From the IMG/VR virus record IMGVR_UViG_3300020596_000020, positions 1-64,000 of that record: 64,000 nucleotides of DNA; one strand, given 5' to 3'. Source of the stretch: a virus. The position numbers were made by a program, and so were the translations under genes. Of this stretch, positions 28,784-38,193 are shown piece after piece. The notes beneath the pieces are model-generated. The model did not search any database. It was not told where the DNA came from and saw only the letters and a program-made list of their open reading frames with translations. Each line of letters opens with the position of its first letter. The first letter of the stretch is position 1.

Positions 28784-29422
28784 TTAGTTCGAATGCCTTG
28801 AACCCTTGGACACCAAGACGAGAGGATCGTGCGTACTGTCGGATTGGTTTCCCCAGGGGTGGAGAGGATCTTCATGTACATTGTTCAACCCGTTTTTATC
28901 AGGAAGGAGGTAGGGTGGAACAACCTTTGCCTTGTGCCAAACCTGTCCGTGTTTATCCTTCTTGGAAGAAACAACAGTGATTGTTCGCGTGGAATTTTTC
29001 CAAACCTGACCCACTCGATCGATCACGGGGGCGGCCTTCGCTTGAGTGAGATAGAACTCGTCTTCGAGTTCTTGTTCTACATCGTCCTCGGTTTCGCCGA
29101 CGTACACATCGAGCTCGACGACTAAGTCGCTCACAGCGCCTTGAACTGCGACTTTAATCTCCTCGACATCAGGTTCCTTTTTGAGATACCAACCGATCTG
29201 TCTAGGGTTGATCCCTTCGCCCCAATCAGACTCTGCATTGACAAGCGGATTGACGATATTCGTGATGATTTCCGCGATAGCGAAGACTTCATTGACGTAC
29301 TTGCTAGCAATGGCTTGCTGTTCAGGTGTACGTTCACCACGAGCATCACGTTGACTAGCATTCGCAGCCAGATTCGTTTTTTTGTTTGACAGCGCAAACG
29401 TGATCGTTAGTTCGTAGTTCAT
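28784..29422 (-). CDS. Hypothetical protein
   Basis: 212 aa, abuts upstream gene. Confidence 0.6.
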   Translation of the reverse strand: MNYELTITFALSNKKTNLAANASQRDARGERTPEQQAIASKYVNEVFAIAEIITNIVNPLVNAESDWGEGINPRQIGWYLKKEPDVEEIKVAVQGAVSDLVVELDVYVGETEDDVEQELEDEFYLTQAKAAPVIDRVGQVWKNSTRTITVVSSKKDKHGQVWHKAKVVPPYLLPDKNGLNNVHEDPLHPWGNQSDSTHDPLVLVSKGSRHSN

Positions 29423-30061
29423 TTATCTCTTCTTCGGAATGATCGGTGCAGGAGCCGACGTGTCTTCTTTGGGCGGCGGGGCTGCCTTCCGAGTGATAGG
29501 CGCGCCGACATGTGCAGAGGCGGGCGCGATGGCCTTTCTCATCACCGACGGCTTGATGGTGCGCGTAACCTTGCCATTTGACTTTGTCGCAACGCCGTGA
29601 TCCTTGGGCTCCTCAGCCGCACCTGCGTCGACTTGCCCTGAGACGATCTGCGCGATGCCCTTAAGATACGCATGCAGTGCGTCCTGCTCACTATCCTCGA
29701 GTGCGTCGAAGTAGCGTGTGAGCTCGTCCATGACTTTTGTCTCTTTAAAAGATTGACCGCCGCGAATGGAGTTGAGCTGGTCGACGATCGTCTCCACCCT
29801 GACAGACTCTTCGGATTCGTTATCATCCTTAGACGGGTCAGTGTCTGACGAAGGAGAAGTCGGCGTCCCCTTGGGGGCTGAAGGCGCTGGGGCTGACGTC
29901 GCGGCGCTAGCAGGCGCTGCAGCCGGCGCGGAACCGCCGGCCGGGGCTGCTTCCCCCACCTCAAAGAGTCTCGCGCGCGTGACACGCTTGGCATGGTCGT
30001 TAAGTTTGCTGACGAGATTCTCGAGCTGCTGTTTCGTTTGGACGCGCGCTGCTGCCTTCAT
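29423..30061 (-). CDS. Probable head-associated protein with Ala/Pro linker
   Basis: RLFE followed by PAA-rich linker; LNSIRGGQSFK domain. Confidence 0.55.
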   Translation of the reverse strand: MKAAARVQTKQQLENLVSKLNDHAKRVTRARLFEVGEAAPAGGSAPAAAPASAATSAPAPSAPKGTPTSPSSDTDPSKDDNESEESVRVETIVDQLNSIRGGQSFKETKVMDELTRYFDALEDSEQDALHAYLKGIAQIVSGQVDAGAAEEPKDHGVATKSNGKVTRTIKPSVMRKAIAPASAHVGAPITRKAAPPPKEDTSAPAPIIPKKR

Positions 30062-30065
30062 TGAC

Positions 30066-30662
30066 TCATTTCCCGATCTTAATGCGATTGCTAGGGCTCT
30101 CTTGCGTGCGGAGTTGACGGATATGACCGATGCTCTCTTGATTTAACGGCGCGCGCTTCAGACGATTCTTTGCCTCTTCAAGACGAAGTGTCTCCTCCAT
30201 GTAGGTGTCGCCGTTGAACTTGGCGGACTCGTGCTTCATATGAGACGGGGAGCGCTGAGTCTGAGCGATCGCATCGCCGATAGCGGTGTCCTGATTCATA
30301 CGGTTATGACCGCAACCCATCGGGTCGTCGCAGTCGTTGGTGATGCCGTCGCCAGGCATGCTACCGCAGCCTGGACATGCCTCAGAGTCGCGTTCGGTGT
30401 CGGGCGCCATCTCGTCACCAAAATCGTCATGAATGTCGTCGAGCGTCAATTCGGGCCAGTGGTACGGGACGCCGGATGCGTCAGCGTGCTCGTCACCATG
30501 TTTCGAGCGCACTCCGGAACTTCGCATCGTTTCGGGCCCGTCGAAGGCTTCCTTGAGGTCGGTCGCACATTTGCGACAAACGTTGGCCCCATAGAAGTTC
30601 CGGACCTCGTTCACACGCTTGACGCACGCATCACAGCTCTTCATCATGCTCATACGTAGCAT
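30066..30662 (-). CDS. Zinc-ribbon-containing acidic protein
   Basis: CDAC, CRKC, CPGC. Confidence 0.55.
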   Translation of the reverse strand: MLRMSMMKSCDACVKRVNEVRNFYGANVCRKCATDLKEAFDGPETMRSSGVRSKHGDEHADASGVPYHWPELTLDDIHDDFGDEMAPDTERDSEACPGCGSMPGDGITNDCDDPMGCGHNRMNQDTAIGDAIAQTQRSPSHMKHESAKFNGDTYMEETLRLEEAKNRLKRAPLNQESIGHIRQLRTQESPSNRIKIGK

Positions 30663-31120
30663 GCCTCGTCCGCCGCCACCGTGAACGAGCAGGTGCCGTA
30701 CGAGAAGCTAAGCGAGCAATCAAGCTCGCCCATCAAACCAAAAGTTGCGTTATCGACGGTCGCGCGCACGAGTTCAAGCTTCTGACTTGCGGCTTCTTTT
30801 ACTACCTCAACAGCCGCAGCGATGTTCGTCTCAACCACGACCAGCCATCCCTTGCCGAACGACATAGACGAAATTGTGCCTTCAATCCACTTGACAGTCT
30901 CGTTTGCGAAGACTAGTTCCAACGACACTTCGACAGTTGGAAATGGCTGTAAGATCAACTTCTTAGCCTCATTTTGCTCGGCGCCGACCTCGATGTACTC
31001 GTTCATCTCCTTGATGACGTCATCGAGAGGGAGCGTCAGCAACGCTTCGTCCAGACGACCTTCGAGGTCGTTCGTCATGTACACCGCGTCAGAATCTGTA
31101 GTCGTGCTCGATTTCGCCAT
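30650..31120 (-). CDS. Hypothetical protein
   Basis: Start reassigned to MAKSST. Confidence 0.5.
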   Translation of the reverse strand: MAKSSTTTDSDAVYMTNDLEGRLDEALLTLPLDDVIKEMNEYIEVGAEQNEAKKLILQPFPTVEVSLELVFANETVKWIEGTISSMSFGKGWLVVVETNIAAAVEVVKEAASQKLELVRATVDNATFGLMGELDCSLSFSYGTCSFTVAADEACYV

Positions 31121-31460
31121 CTCGAAGCGCAACGTAGTCCATCTCACGTCGCATACTGTCGAGCGTCTTCGCGAACTCAACCATCGGCTCCGTGAGCCCG
31201 ATCGGTGGCTGCTTGAGCACGACGGTGACCACCTTACCCTCGATGGTCCAAATCACGTCTTCCTTGCCACGATGCGTCTCCAGCGCGATACACTGAATTA
31301 TGAAGCGGTCGCGGATAGGCAACTCCTTGAACTCGTAGCTCTTCATCAGACCGACGTCGATGATGTGCCTCCAGCGGGAGCCTGGTGAAACGGGTCGACC
31401 CGGCTGAACGGCCACGATCGGCTTATTGCTAACCGTGAAGTACTCTTTAAGGGCTTTCAC
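31089..31460 (-). CDS. Pterin-4a-carbinolamine dehydratase-like fold, catalytic His apparently absent
   Basis: W...L.KSYEF...F...E...V.V.L...LTE...FA..LD spacing; GTG start inferred. Confidence 0.45.
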   Translation of the reverse strand: MKALKEYFTVSNKPIVAVQPGRPVSPGSRWRHIIDVGLMKSYEFKELPIRDRFIIQCIALETHRGKEDVIWTIEGKVVTVVLKQPPIGLTEPMVEFAKTLDSMRREMDYVALRDGEIEHDYRF

Positions 31461-31624
31461 TCTTGTGATCCTTGCGAAACAGATTTTCTTTATTATAACT
31501 TGCGAGCAAAATCTGAGCAAACACGAAGTTGTTCTAAGGAGAGCTATACGCTTTCCGCGATCAGGTTCTCGCTGAGGATCTTTTTGTAAAGTCAAAGCCA
31601 ACGATCTCGCGTAGGTTTCGCTTC

Positions 31625-33406
31625 TCAGTCATCGGAATCGTCTTGCGTGTCCGCGCGATAGGCGCGCACGGCACGCTTCACGAACTTCGAGAAGAAATCA
31701 CGGAATTCATCGCTGTACGCCACAACGTCGGCGTTGTCATGCAGGTACTTGATGTCGCCCGCGTCGAGCTCGCCCGTCTTGGTGAGCATCTGGATGTAGT
31801 CGTCGACGCCCGTCATGACGAGCTCAGCGAGGTCATTCGGGTCCATGTCATGCAGAATCTTGAAGCGCTCGAGCGCGATGCCGACGGCCTTCTTGGCGCC
31901 TTCGGGCGTGAAACCGAGCTTCTCGCTGATCTTCTCGTATGTTTCGCCGTCGACACCATAACCGGTGCCGATGTCGATGCGCGGCTTGGGGGAGCCCTTC
32001 TTACCTTTGGGCGCGTCATTGTCGTCGTCGTCCGACTCCTCAGGATCCCAATCGGTGTTCTTGCTGAGCGAATCGAGATATGTCTGCTTCTCCTCGTCGT
32101 CGATGATGTCCTCGTTTGGGTCGAAGTTCAACGAGCCGTCGGCGCGGAAATCGTCATCGGACGAACCACCGAGCGCGGCGAACGTTTTAGAGGGAGGGCC
32201 TTCGAAGTCATCATCTTCGGGACGCGAGGTGTCGAACCCGCCGCTGCCCATGAACTTTCCTTTGCCGAAGCCAAAGGGAAGCTTGTGGTCGCCGTCAGCC
32301 TCAGTCATCGCCGCGTCGTAGTTGGCTTCGTCGAGCTCATCCATCTCGTCGAACTCGTCCATCTCGTCAACACCTCGAATGTTATCTCGCTTGGTCGCAT
32401 TGCGTCCAGCGACTCTCGACGCACCGGCTGCGTCTGCCATCTTCGAAACCGCATCGTGAGCACTGCCAGACGAGTCTGTTGCACGTGCAGCGCGCATCTT
32501 GTGTACATCGCGTGCGGCGGCGTTGCGATCGCCAGGAAGGGGCGTCGAGCCGTCGGGACGCTGCCGACTAATGCCGCCGGCTTGACTCGCGACATCGCGC
32601 GGGTTGATCCGCACGGGGGCCTCAGCAAGAGCTTCAGCCGCGATGTCGCGAATAGCTTCAGCGAGCGAGCCGCCGCCAAAAGACGACGGGTTGTGCTTCG
32701 TCGCTTTGCCCGGGAACGGCTTGTCGCCGTCGGACTCGTTCTTGGTTTTTGTGCCCTTCTTCTTGAACTGATTCGCCTTGAACTTGCCGCCGCCAAAAGC
32801 GAAGGGATTACCCTTCTTCTTCTTGGCTTCCTCGAGAGCTTCGCCGGCGATCTGTCGGATGGCCTCACCAAGGTTCTTGACGGGCTTCTCAGTTTTACCA
32901 GGTAGAGTGGCAAACCTGTCTTCGTAGTCGTCTTTCGTAAACCAGTCGTCGTCGTCATCGTCGTCGTTCGAGGGCAGGGCTTCCGTCACGATGTCGCGAA
33001 CCACGTCCGCGAGATTCATACTCTCACCAATCTTTTTGTCAGTCATGTCAGTGCTCCTCGTGTTCGTTGCATCAGTAGAAGACGGCAGTTCGCGCGCCTT
33101 CCCGAAATCCTTCTTGCCGACCTCGTCGCCGCCGACGAGGCTCTTGATCTTCTTGTACAGTTCGCCAGACTGCTCGTCGTCGACGGTATCAAGCAGGTTC
33201 CGCACCATCACGATCAGCTCGTTTTTGGAGCGCGGCGCATGTCTAATCTCAATGGGATTGAGGTCAAGCTCGAGTGACGTGCGGTCCATCGCCGGGTTTG
33301 GCGTGATCGCAGGTTCCGGCGCGTCGTGACTCATGGCGTCCGTGTTGCTCAAGGCTTCACGAAGCAGCTCACGAAGCGCCGACTCGCTGACAACGGACTT
33401 TGTCAC
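31625..33406 (-). CDS. Acidic low-complexity protein with repeated targeting helices and C-terminal sigma4-like HTH
   Basis: ALRELLREAL; LADVVRDIVTEA, LGEAIRQIAGEA, LAEAIRDIAAEA; TYEKISEKLGFTPEGAKKAVGIAL. Confidence 0.6.
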   Translation of the reverse strand: MTKSVVSESALRELLREALSNTDAMSHDAPEPAITPNPAMDRTSLELDLNPIEIRHAPRSKNELIVMVRNLLDTVDDEQSGELYKKIKSLVGGDEVGKKDFGKARELPSSTDATNTRSTDMTDKKIGESMNLADVVRDIVTEALPSNDDDDDDDWFTKDDYEDRFATLPGKTEKPVKNLGEAIRQIAGEALEEAKKKKGNPFAFGGGKFKANQFKKKGTKTKNESDGDKPFPGKATKHNPSSFGGGSLAEAIRDIAAEALAEAPVRINPRDVASQAGGISRQRPDGSTPLPGDRNAAARDVHKMRAARATDSSGSAHDAVSKMADAAGASRVAGRNATKRDNIRGVDEMDEFDEMDELDEANYDAAMTEADGDHKLPFGFGKGKFMGSGGFDTSRPEDDDFEGPPSKTFAALGGSSDDDFRADGSLNFDPNEDIIDDEEKQTYLDSLSKNTDWDPEESDDDDNDAPKGKKGSPKPRIDIGTGYGVDGETYEKISEKLGFTPEGAKKAVGIALERFKILHDMDPNDLAELVMTGVDDYIQMLTKTGELDAGDIKYLHDNADVVAYSDEFRDFFSKFVKRAVRAYRADTQDDSDD

Positions 33407-33408
33407 GA

Positions 33409-33807
33409 TTAACCCTGCTCTTGCTTCGCGACGTCCGCGTTCTGCTGGATGATTTGATTGGTCATCTGATTCATGGTCGGGTTGGGCATCTGCATGGGCG
33501 AGCCGCCGAGGTCAGACGTCGTCGTGATTGTGTTTGGGTTGCCCCACTTGGCTTCGGTCGCGCGTCGAGCGACGTACGTGCCCAGAATGAGGCCGAAGTA
33601 AGCGGCGCAAGCGCCGGAGTCGAATGACTTGAACTCAACAGGTCCGATCTTAGAAAAGATGGACACGATGTAAGCGAAGGTCGTGGCCCAGAAGGAGATG
33701 GCGAGCATCGTCACCGAGATAGACGGGTACCCAGCCGAGTCCTTCATCCACAACTTGCTAGTCTTGATGACTTCAGGCGTGACAGCAATTTCAGGTGTGT
33801 CGCTCAT
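33409..33807 (-). CDS. Two-TM membrane protein (holin candidate)
   Basis: Start MSDTPE; two hydrophobic helices; TAGTTA 8 nt upstream. Confidence 0.5.
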   Translation of the reverse strand: MSDTPEIAVTPEVIKTSKLWMKDSAGYPSISVTMLAISFWATTFAYIVSIFSKIGPVEFKSFDSGACAAYFGLILGTYVARRATEAKWGNPNTITTTSDLGGSPMQMPNPTMNQMTNQIIQQNADVAKQEQG

Positions 33808-33833
33808 GGCGGGAGTAACTAGGCGTTTCCTCC

Positions 33834-34313
33834 TCACTTCGCGGCACCCACGACCATGATGCTGAGAGTTACGATAACCGCGCCGACGAGAACGCCTCCA
33901 CCAGCCCACAACCAAGCGTTGCCGCGGGCAGATTCGGACTTCTCCAGACGTGTCGTAAGATCCTTGATGTTATCATCGCGCTGCTCGATCGCAGCCTTCG
34001 CAATCTCACGATCACGTTTTGTGTCGGAGACGGCGTTAGCAAGTGTCTTTTCACTGTGCGCTTTCTCTTCGGCGCGCGCACGGTCTGTCTCTACTAACAT
34101 GCGCTTCGGGCAGTCCTTCGCCTCAGCAATGACGCGGGCGACAGCCTCAGGTGTGAGAAGAATGCCAGTGAAGGGGGCGAGCGCACCTTTCGTCACCGGC
34201 GTAATAACAGGGGCGATCCACGAGGTCGGCTCATCGGCAGAAGCCGTGGAAGAAAGAAAGAGAGTGAAGCTCAGTGCGAGCGAAGCGAGCAGGCAGCGCA
34301 TGAAACACATCAT
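33834..34313 (-). CDS. Signal peptide + coiled coil + C-terminal TM protein
   Basis: ASA cleavage site, APFTGILL motif, C-terminal hydrophobic helix. Confidence 0.55.
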   Translation of the reverse strand: MMCFMRCLLASLALSFTLFLSSTASADEPTSWIAPVITPVTKGALAPFTGILLTPEAVARVIAEAKDCPKRMLVETDRARAEEKAHSEKTLANAVSDTKRDREIAKAAIEQRDDNIKDLTTRLEKSESARGNAWLWAGGGVLVGAVIVTLSIMVVGAAK

Positions 34314-34472
34314 ACGCAGTGACCCTAGCCTCTGCAAAGCGCTATTTCACGGTCAAGCGCGTTTTTTCACGTTTCACTCGCAGAGATAGGACCAATCTCC
34401 GAACGGATGCTGCACATCCGGCAATGGCGAAGAGAATACCGATAGCGCAGACGAGCGTCTCCGTCGAGGGTG

Positions 34473-34862
34473 TCACAGCTTCTGCACTTGAAAGCCTAGG
34501 ACAGCCGCGAGCTCCGCTGCGAGAGCGTCCGGGTCATCCTTATGCTTCTTGAGAATGCGATCGACTTCAACTCGTTTTTCAACATCGAGATTGGTGAGAG
34601 CCTTCTTGTACCGGTCGTCCAGCATCTTTAGAGTTTCTTCGAGACGCTGCTGATTCTCCTGATGTTCTCGAAGGCGCGTCTCTTCCGCCGCGCGAATGCG
34701 TTCGATCTCCTCTGAGTGTCGCTTGTTGATGGCGTTGATCTGGTTCGCCATGTCAGAAGGGCCCTTAGCGAAGACAACCATCGCGAGCACGCCCGCAACA
34801 ACCGCGAAGAAGAGCCAAGCATATCTTTTGATGTACGTCCAGGCAATGCTCAGTGTGATCAT
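34473..34862 (-). CDS. N-terminal TM + coiled-coil protein (i-spanin-like topology)
   Basis: TM at about residues 15-32 followed by charged heptads. Confidence 0.5.
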   Translation of the reverse strand: MITLSIAWTYIKRYAWLFFAVVAGVLAMVVFAKGPSDMANQINAINKRHSEEIERIRAAEETRLREHQENQQRLEETLKMLDDRYKKALTNLDVEKRVEVDRILKKHKDDPDALAAELAAVLGFQVQKL

Positions 34863-35161
34863 CAGTTCATCATCCGTTTCCGTTGGGCAAGCTCGTCGAG
34901 CGTCTCGCCTTCCGCTTCCTGAGACTGCATCTGGTCGTCCTCAATGTTGCTCTCGGCCGTGAGGTAACTGCAGATGTCGTCGATCTCGCGCTTGTTACTG
35001 ATCAAGATCTTCGTCAGGTCGATGCAACTCTTTTGCACACCGCTCACCGCTTGTGCGATCCGCAAGATCTGGCTTTCGAGAGTGATCACATGCTCCTTCA
35101 GCGCCGTATTCTCCTCGGACGCCTCAAGTAACATTTTGAATTTCTTGTCCCAAATGCTCAT
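34862..35161 (-). CDS. Coiled-coil hypothetical protein
   Basis: 99 aa, coupled. Confidence 0.55.
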   Translation of the reverse strand: MSIWDKKFKMLLEASEENTALKEHVITLESQILRIAQAVSGVQKSCIDLTKILISNKREIDDICSYLTAESNIEDDQMQSQEAEGETLDELAQRKRMMN

Positions 35162-35439
35162 GTGTCGTCGCTCTCTAACATGTCATAAAGTAGGTCGCTG
35201 TCGACCTGTGACAGAGCGCCGCGCTCGATCCGTTCGTGAAGCTTCCCGTTGTATTTGAGTCTCGCGAGCTCGTCAAGGATAGAGATAGCGCGATCATCGC
35301 CTTCTGCGACTAGTGCGACGAAGCCACCCAGCGTGTCCTGCAACGTCAGTTGTCGCTCGAACGTCGCCACCTTGGTTTTAACGTACGATGATTGTGGTAG
35401 AAGCACATGGATGTTCCGCTTCGCTCCGAACTTCTTCAA
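35158..35439 (-). CDS. Possible ribbon-helix-helix DNA-binding protein
   Basis: RNIHVLLP strand followed by two helices. Confidence 0.4.
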   Translation of the reverse strand: MKKFGAKRNIHVLLPQSSYVKTKVATFERQLTLQDTLGGFVALVAEGDDRAISILDELARLKYNGKLHERIERGALSQVDSDLLYDMLESDDT

Positions 35440-36269
35440 GGGGCGCCGGTGCCTGAACCGCCGCTAGCTGCCGACGGCGCGCCGCCCCCGCCAGGCGCTC
35501 CGCCTGCGCCGGCCGCGGCAGGGCGGTCAGCGAAGCGTTCGCCTTCGAGATCACGTTCCGACTCCAATTCGATGTCGAAGTTCGCACCGAGGACTTGTTT
35601 GAAGTTCTCGGCGGCGTCGGGGCCATACTTCTTCGCGACGTGGTTGTAAGCGCGGCGTGCGATGGTCGCCTTCATGTCGATCAGTGTGTCGGTACGGTCG
35701 ACAAGGGTCGCGATGTCGCTTGCAAAGTCGGTCGCTGAAAACTGTTGCTCCTTCTCAGGATCCGTCGGGTCCATCTCCATATTCGCGGTGCCGGTCGCGT
35801 CGAGCGTCTCGCTCGCCTTCTGAAAGTAGCCGTCGAGCGCAACATCGATTGAATCGTTGGCAATCTGCTGGACGTCGCCAGGTTGGATCTCTGGCTCCTC
35901 GGCAAGCATCCGACGGCCACGTGTGAGCTCCTCAGTGACGAGCTGCGCCAGACGTGAGGCCACAGCGGTCTGGTAGACAGTGACACCCTCGAGCATCTCA
36001 AGACTCTCGGCGACGACTTCGTCCTGCGCGGCCGTGTCTACGTTCTCCAAGAACAGCTCAGCAGCTAACTGAATACGATCGAGGTTCTCAACCATCTCGC
36101 GGCGCGTCACGGTGTGAGTGCATCGGTCGGCGATGTTGTAGAGATGTTTGTCGATGCGTGTGACGATGGCACGAACACTCGACAGAGACGCCATGTACGG
36201 GTCGTTCAGGGCTTCCCGTAGTGAGCTAGCGAGTCGGTTGATCTCAGACTTAATTTCGCTGACTTTCAT
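35436..36269 (-). CDS. Probable head-associated protein
   Basis: LREAL, MLAEE, acidic domain, Gly/Ala tail. Confidence 0.55.
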   Translation of the reverse strand: MKVSEIKSEINRLASSLREALNDPYMASLSSVRAIVTRIDKHLYNIADRCTHTVTRREMVENLDRIQLAAELFLENVDTAAQDEVVAESLEMLEGVTVYQTAVASRLAQLVTEELTRGRRMLAEEPEIQPGDVQQIANDSIDVALDGYFQKASETLDATGTANMEMDPTDPEKEQQFSATDFASDIATLVDRTDTLIDMKATIARRAYNHVAKKYGPDAAENFKQVLGANFDIELESERDLEGERFADRPAAAGAGGAPGGGGAPSAASGGSGTGAP

Positions 36270-37027
36270 CCCATCACCTCTTTCACGGCAGTGACTCGCT
36301 TGAAGCGGTCTTCGATGACTTCCCAGTTTAACTCACGCATCATCGCGGTCAAGTAACCCTTCTTGTCACCGGCGTAGTCACGCACATAAGCGTGTTCCCA
36401 GAGATCGATGACGATGATCGGCAGAATGCCCACCGGAACTCCTTGATCGTGACTGTCGATCGTCACATTAATCAACCGCTTGAGAAACAAACTGTACCCA
36501 CAGACAACCCAACCAGACCGCGACGCGAGCGCTGCGGCCATGAAGTCCTTCATCCACGCGTCGAAAGTGCCCCAATCGCGAGACAGGTAGATGTACGAGT
36601 CCGAGTCCTGGAAGAGCTCCGAGTTGAGATCGAAACAGTTCGCAAAGAAGAGCTCATGCAGGTAGGTCGCGTTGAGATTGTAGACCTCGTCCTTCTTTAC
36701 CGAGCGGTACGCGGAGTGCGCCGAGCTGACGTTCTCTTTGTCGGCTGCGTCGACCTCAGCGCTGACGCGAGTCAGTAGCTCGGTATAGGACTTATAAAGC
36801 TGCTCGTGATGCTTCTTGGCCGGCTCAGATAGGTGATTAGTCGTCATGGAGTACGACTTGTTCTGCGCCACATAGGCCTCGTCAAGGAACGAACTCTTCG
36901 ATTGCGCGGTCTTCCTGTCTTTGCCACGAATCTCGGCCGCGACCTCCTTGACGCATGCCGCAGCGAGGTCAGAGATGTCGGCGTCGCTAAACTCCGGGAT
37001 GTGCAACTTAGTCAAGATCGAACCCAC
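36266..37027 (-). CDS. sod: Fe/Mn superoxide dismutase with N-terminal extension
   Basis: KKHHEQLY, LHELFF, SGW, DLWEHAY. Confidence 0.88.
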   Translation of the reverse strand: MGSILTKLHIPEFSDADISDLAAACVKEVAAEIRGKDRKTAQSKSSFLDEAYVAQNKSYSMTTNHLSEPAKKHHEQLYKSYTELLTRVSAEVDAADKENVSSAHSAYRSVKKDEVYNLNATYLHELFFANCFDLNSELFQDSDSYIYLSRDWGTFDAWMKDFMAAALASRSGWVVCGYSLFLKRLINVTIDSHDQGVPVGILPIIVIDLWEHAYVRDYAGDKKGYLTAMMRELNWEVIEDRFKRVTAVKEVMG

Positions 37028-37304
37028 TTTCCAGTTGTTGATCGGAGACGTTGACCGTCTGCCCGGTGGGGTCGAGGAGGATCACGGAGTCAGGCCCCAC
37101 AGCCTTGACAGTGTAGAGGCGGCCGTACGGCTTGTCTCGGACCTTCAATCCGGGGGTGATGATCTTCTTCTCAGTGCCGCCGACGTTCATGTTGACGTCA
37201 ATGTTCTCAGTGAGCGAAGGCATCTCAACGCGCAAGGCGTCGAGTTGCTTCGCTCGCTCCTCTCGAAGGAGCTTGAGAATCACGTCAGAATCAAGCTTGT
37301 TCAT
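37008..37304 (-). CDS. Probable head-associated protein, first gene of a late operon
   Basis: MNKLDSDVILKLLREE; TATCTA 9 nt upstream. Confidence 0.55.
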   Translation of the reverse strand: MNKLDSDVILKLLREERAKQLDALRVEMPSLTENIDVNMNVGGTEKKIITPGLKVRDKPYGRLYTVKAVGPDSVILLDPTGQTVNVSDQQLESGFDLD

Positions 37305-37483
37305 GCTACACGATAGATACGAAGTCTTCGTCAGAAGGGATAAAACCAGAACAGGTGGAATCATTCCATCTGTTCAAGCTGCGGGATTCTATGTGCCCAT
37401 TTCGGGTTATAGCGTGCCCGACAGCTGAATTTTGATATAGTGGAACTTGTCCGCGTGACCGCCCCAATCGATGACAAATGTGT

Positions 37484-38074
37484 TCATAAATTTCCGGTCC
37501 CCAGGTCGGCGTACTTCACAACCTCGATGCCTGAAGCACACAGAATCACAAGACCTTCATTGTTTCTGTAACTTTCGAGGTACACGACGCGACTAACTCC
37601 TCGATTGACGAGGATCTTCGCGCACATCTTGCAGGGCTGAGTCGTCACGAAACAGACCGAGTCATGCAGGTCGTCTCGAGACTTTGTGAGCGCGTTTACC
37701 TCGGCATGAATGCACCCGCAGTTGCCAGGTTCGCAGCTATCGCAACCGTTTGGGCCGCCAGCGTAGCTGCCGTTGTAACCGGAACAAAGCACGCGCATCA
37801 TATTTATGTCGGTAAAGACAGCTCCAACCTGGAGACGGTCGCAGGTAGCCTGCTTCGCCATCTCACCAGCATGGATCATATATATCTGTTCTTTTCGTGG
37901 TCGGTAGCTGACAGCGTTAACGTTTGGCTTGACGTACGCGACAAGCTTCTCGGGCACAATGATCAGTTTTTTCGCAGGCAACCCCGTAGCCGCCTCAAGT
38001 GCTGCATCGATCGCTTGACGCACCTCGGGTTCAAGGTCGCACGAATTACTCTTGAAGGAGTTTTTCTCGGTCAC
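37484..38074 (-). CDS. dCMP deaminase
   Basis: C.RLQVGA, GYNG, HAEVNA, PCKMC. Confidence 0.92.
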   Translation of the reverse strand: MTEKNSFKSNSCDLEPEVRQAIDAALEAATGLPAKKLIIVPEKLVAYVKPNVNAVSYRPRKEQIYMIHAGEMAKQATCDRLQVGAVFTDINMMRVLCSGYNGSYAGGPNGCDSCEPGNCGCIHAEVNALTKSRDDLHDSVCFVTTQPCKMCAKILVNRGVSRVVYLESYRNNEGLVILCASGIEVVKYADLGTGNL

Positions 38075-38193
38075 GTTGTCACCGTCCCATCACATTAAAC
38101 ATGACGTACATGTATTCTATTAGCAATCTGCACTGGACTGTTACTCTTCCGTTCGACGTGAACTCAGCAACGTCAACTTCGAATTGTTAGACT

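Noticed and set aside
31461-31620. AT-rich intergenic stretch with an imperfect inverted repeat (CAGATTTT...AAAATCTG) as an origin or ncRNA
   Set aside because: No iterons or recognisable RNA family; it may simply be promoter or terminator sequence.
31643-32905. Long antisense or alternate-frame ORFs (31643..32905 +, 524..1429 -, 18324..19145 +, 21390..22160 +)
   Set aside because: They shadow well-supported genes, have no recognisable motifs, and are expected in GC-rich coding DNA.
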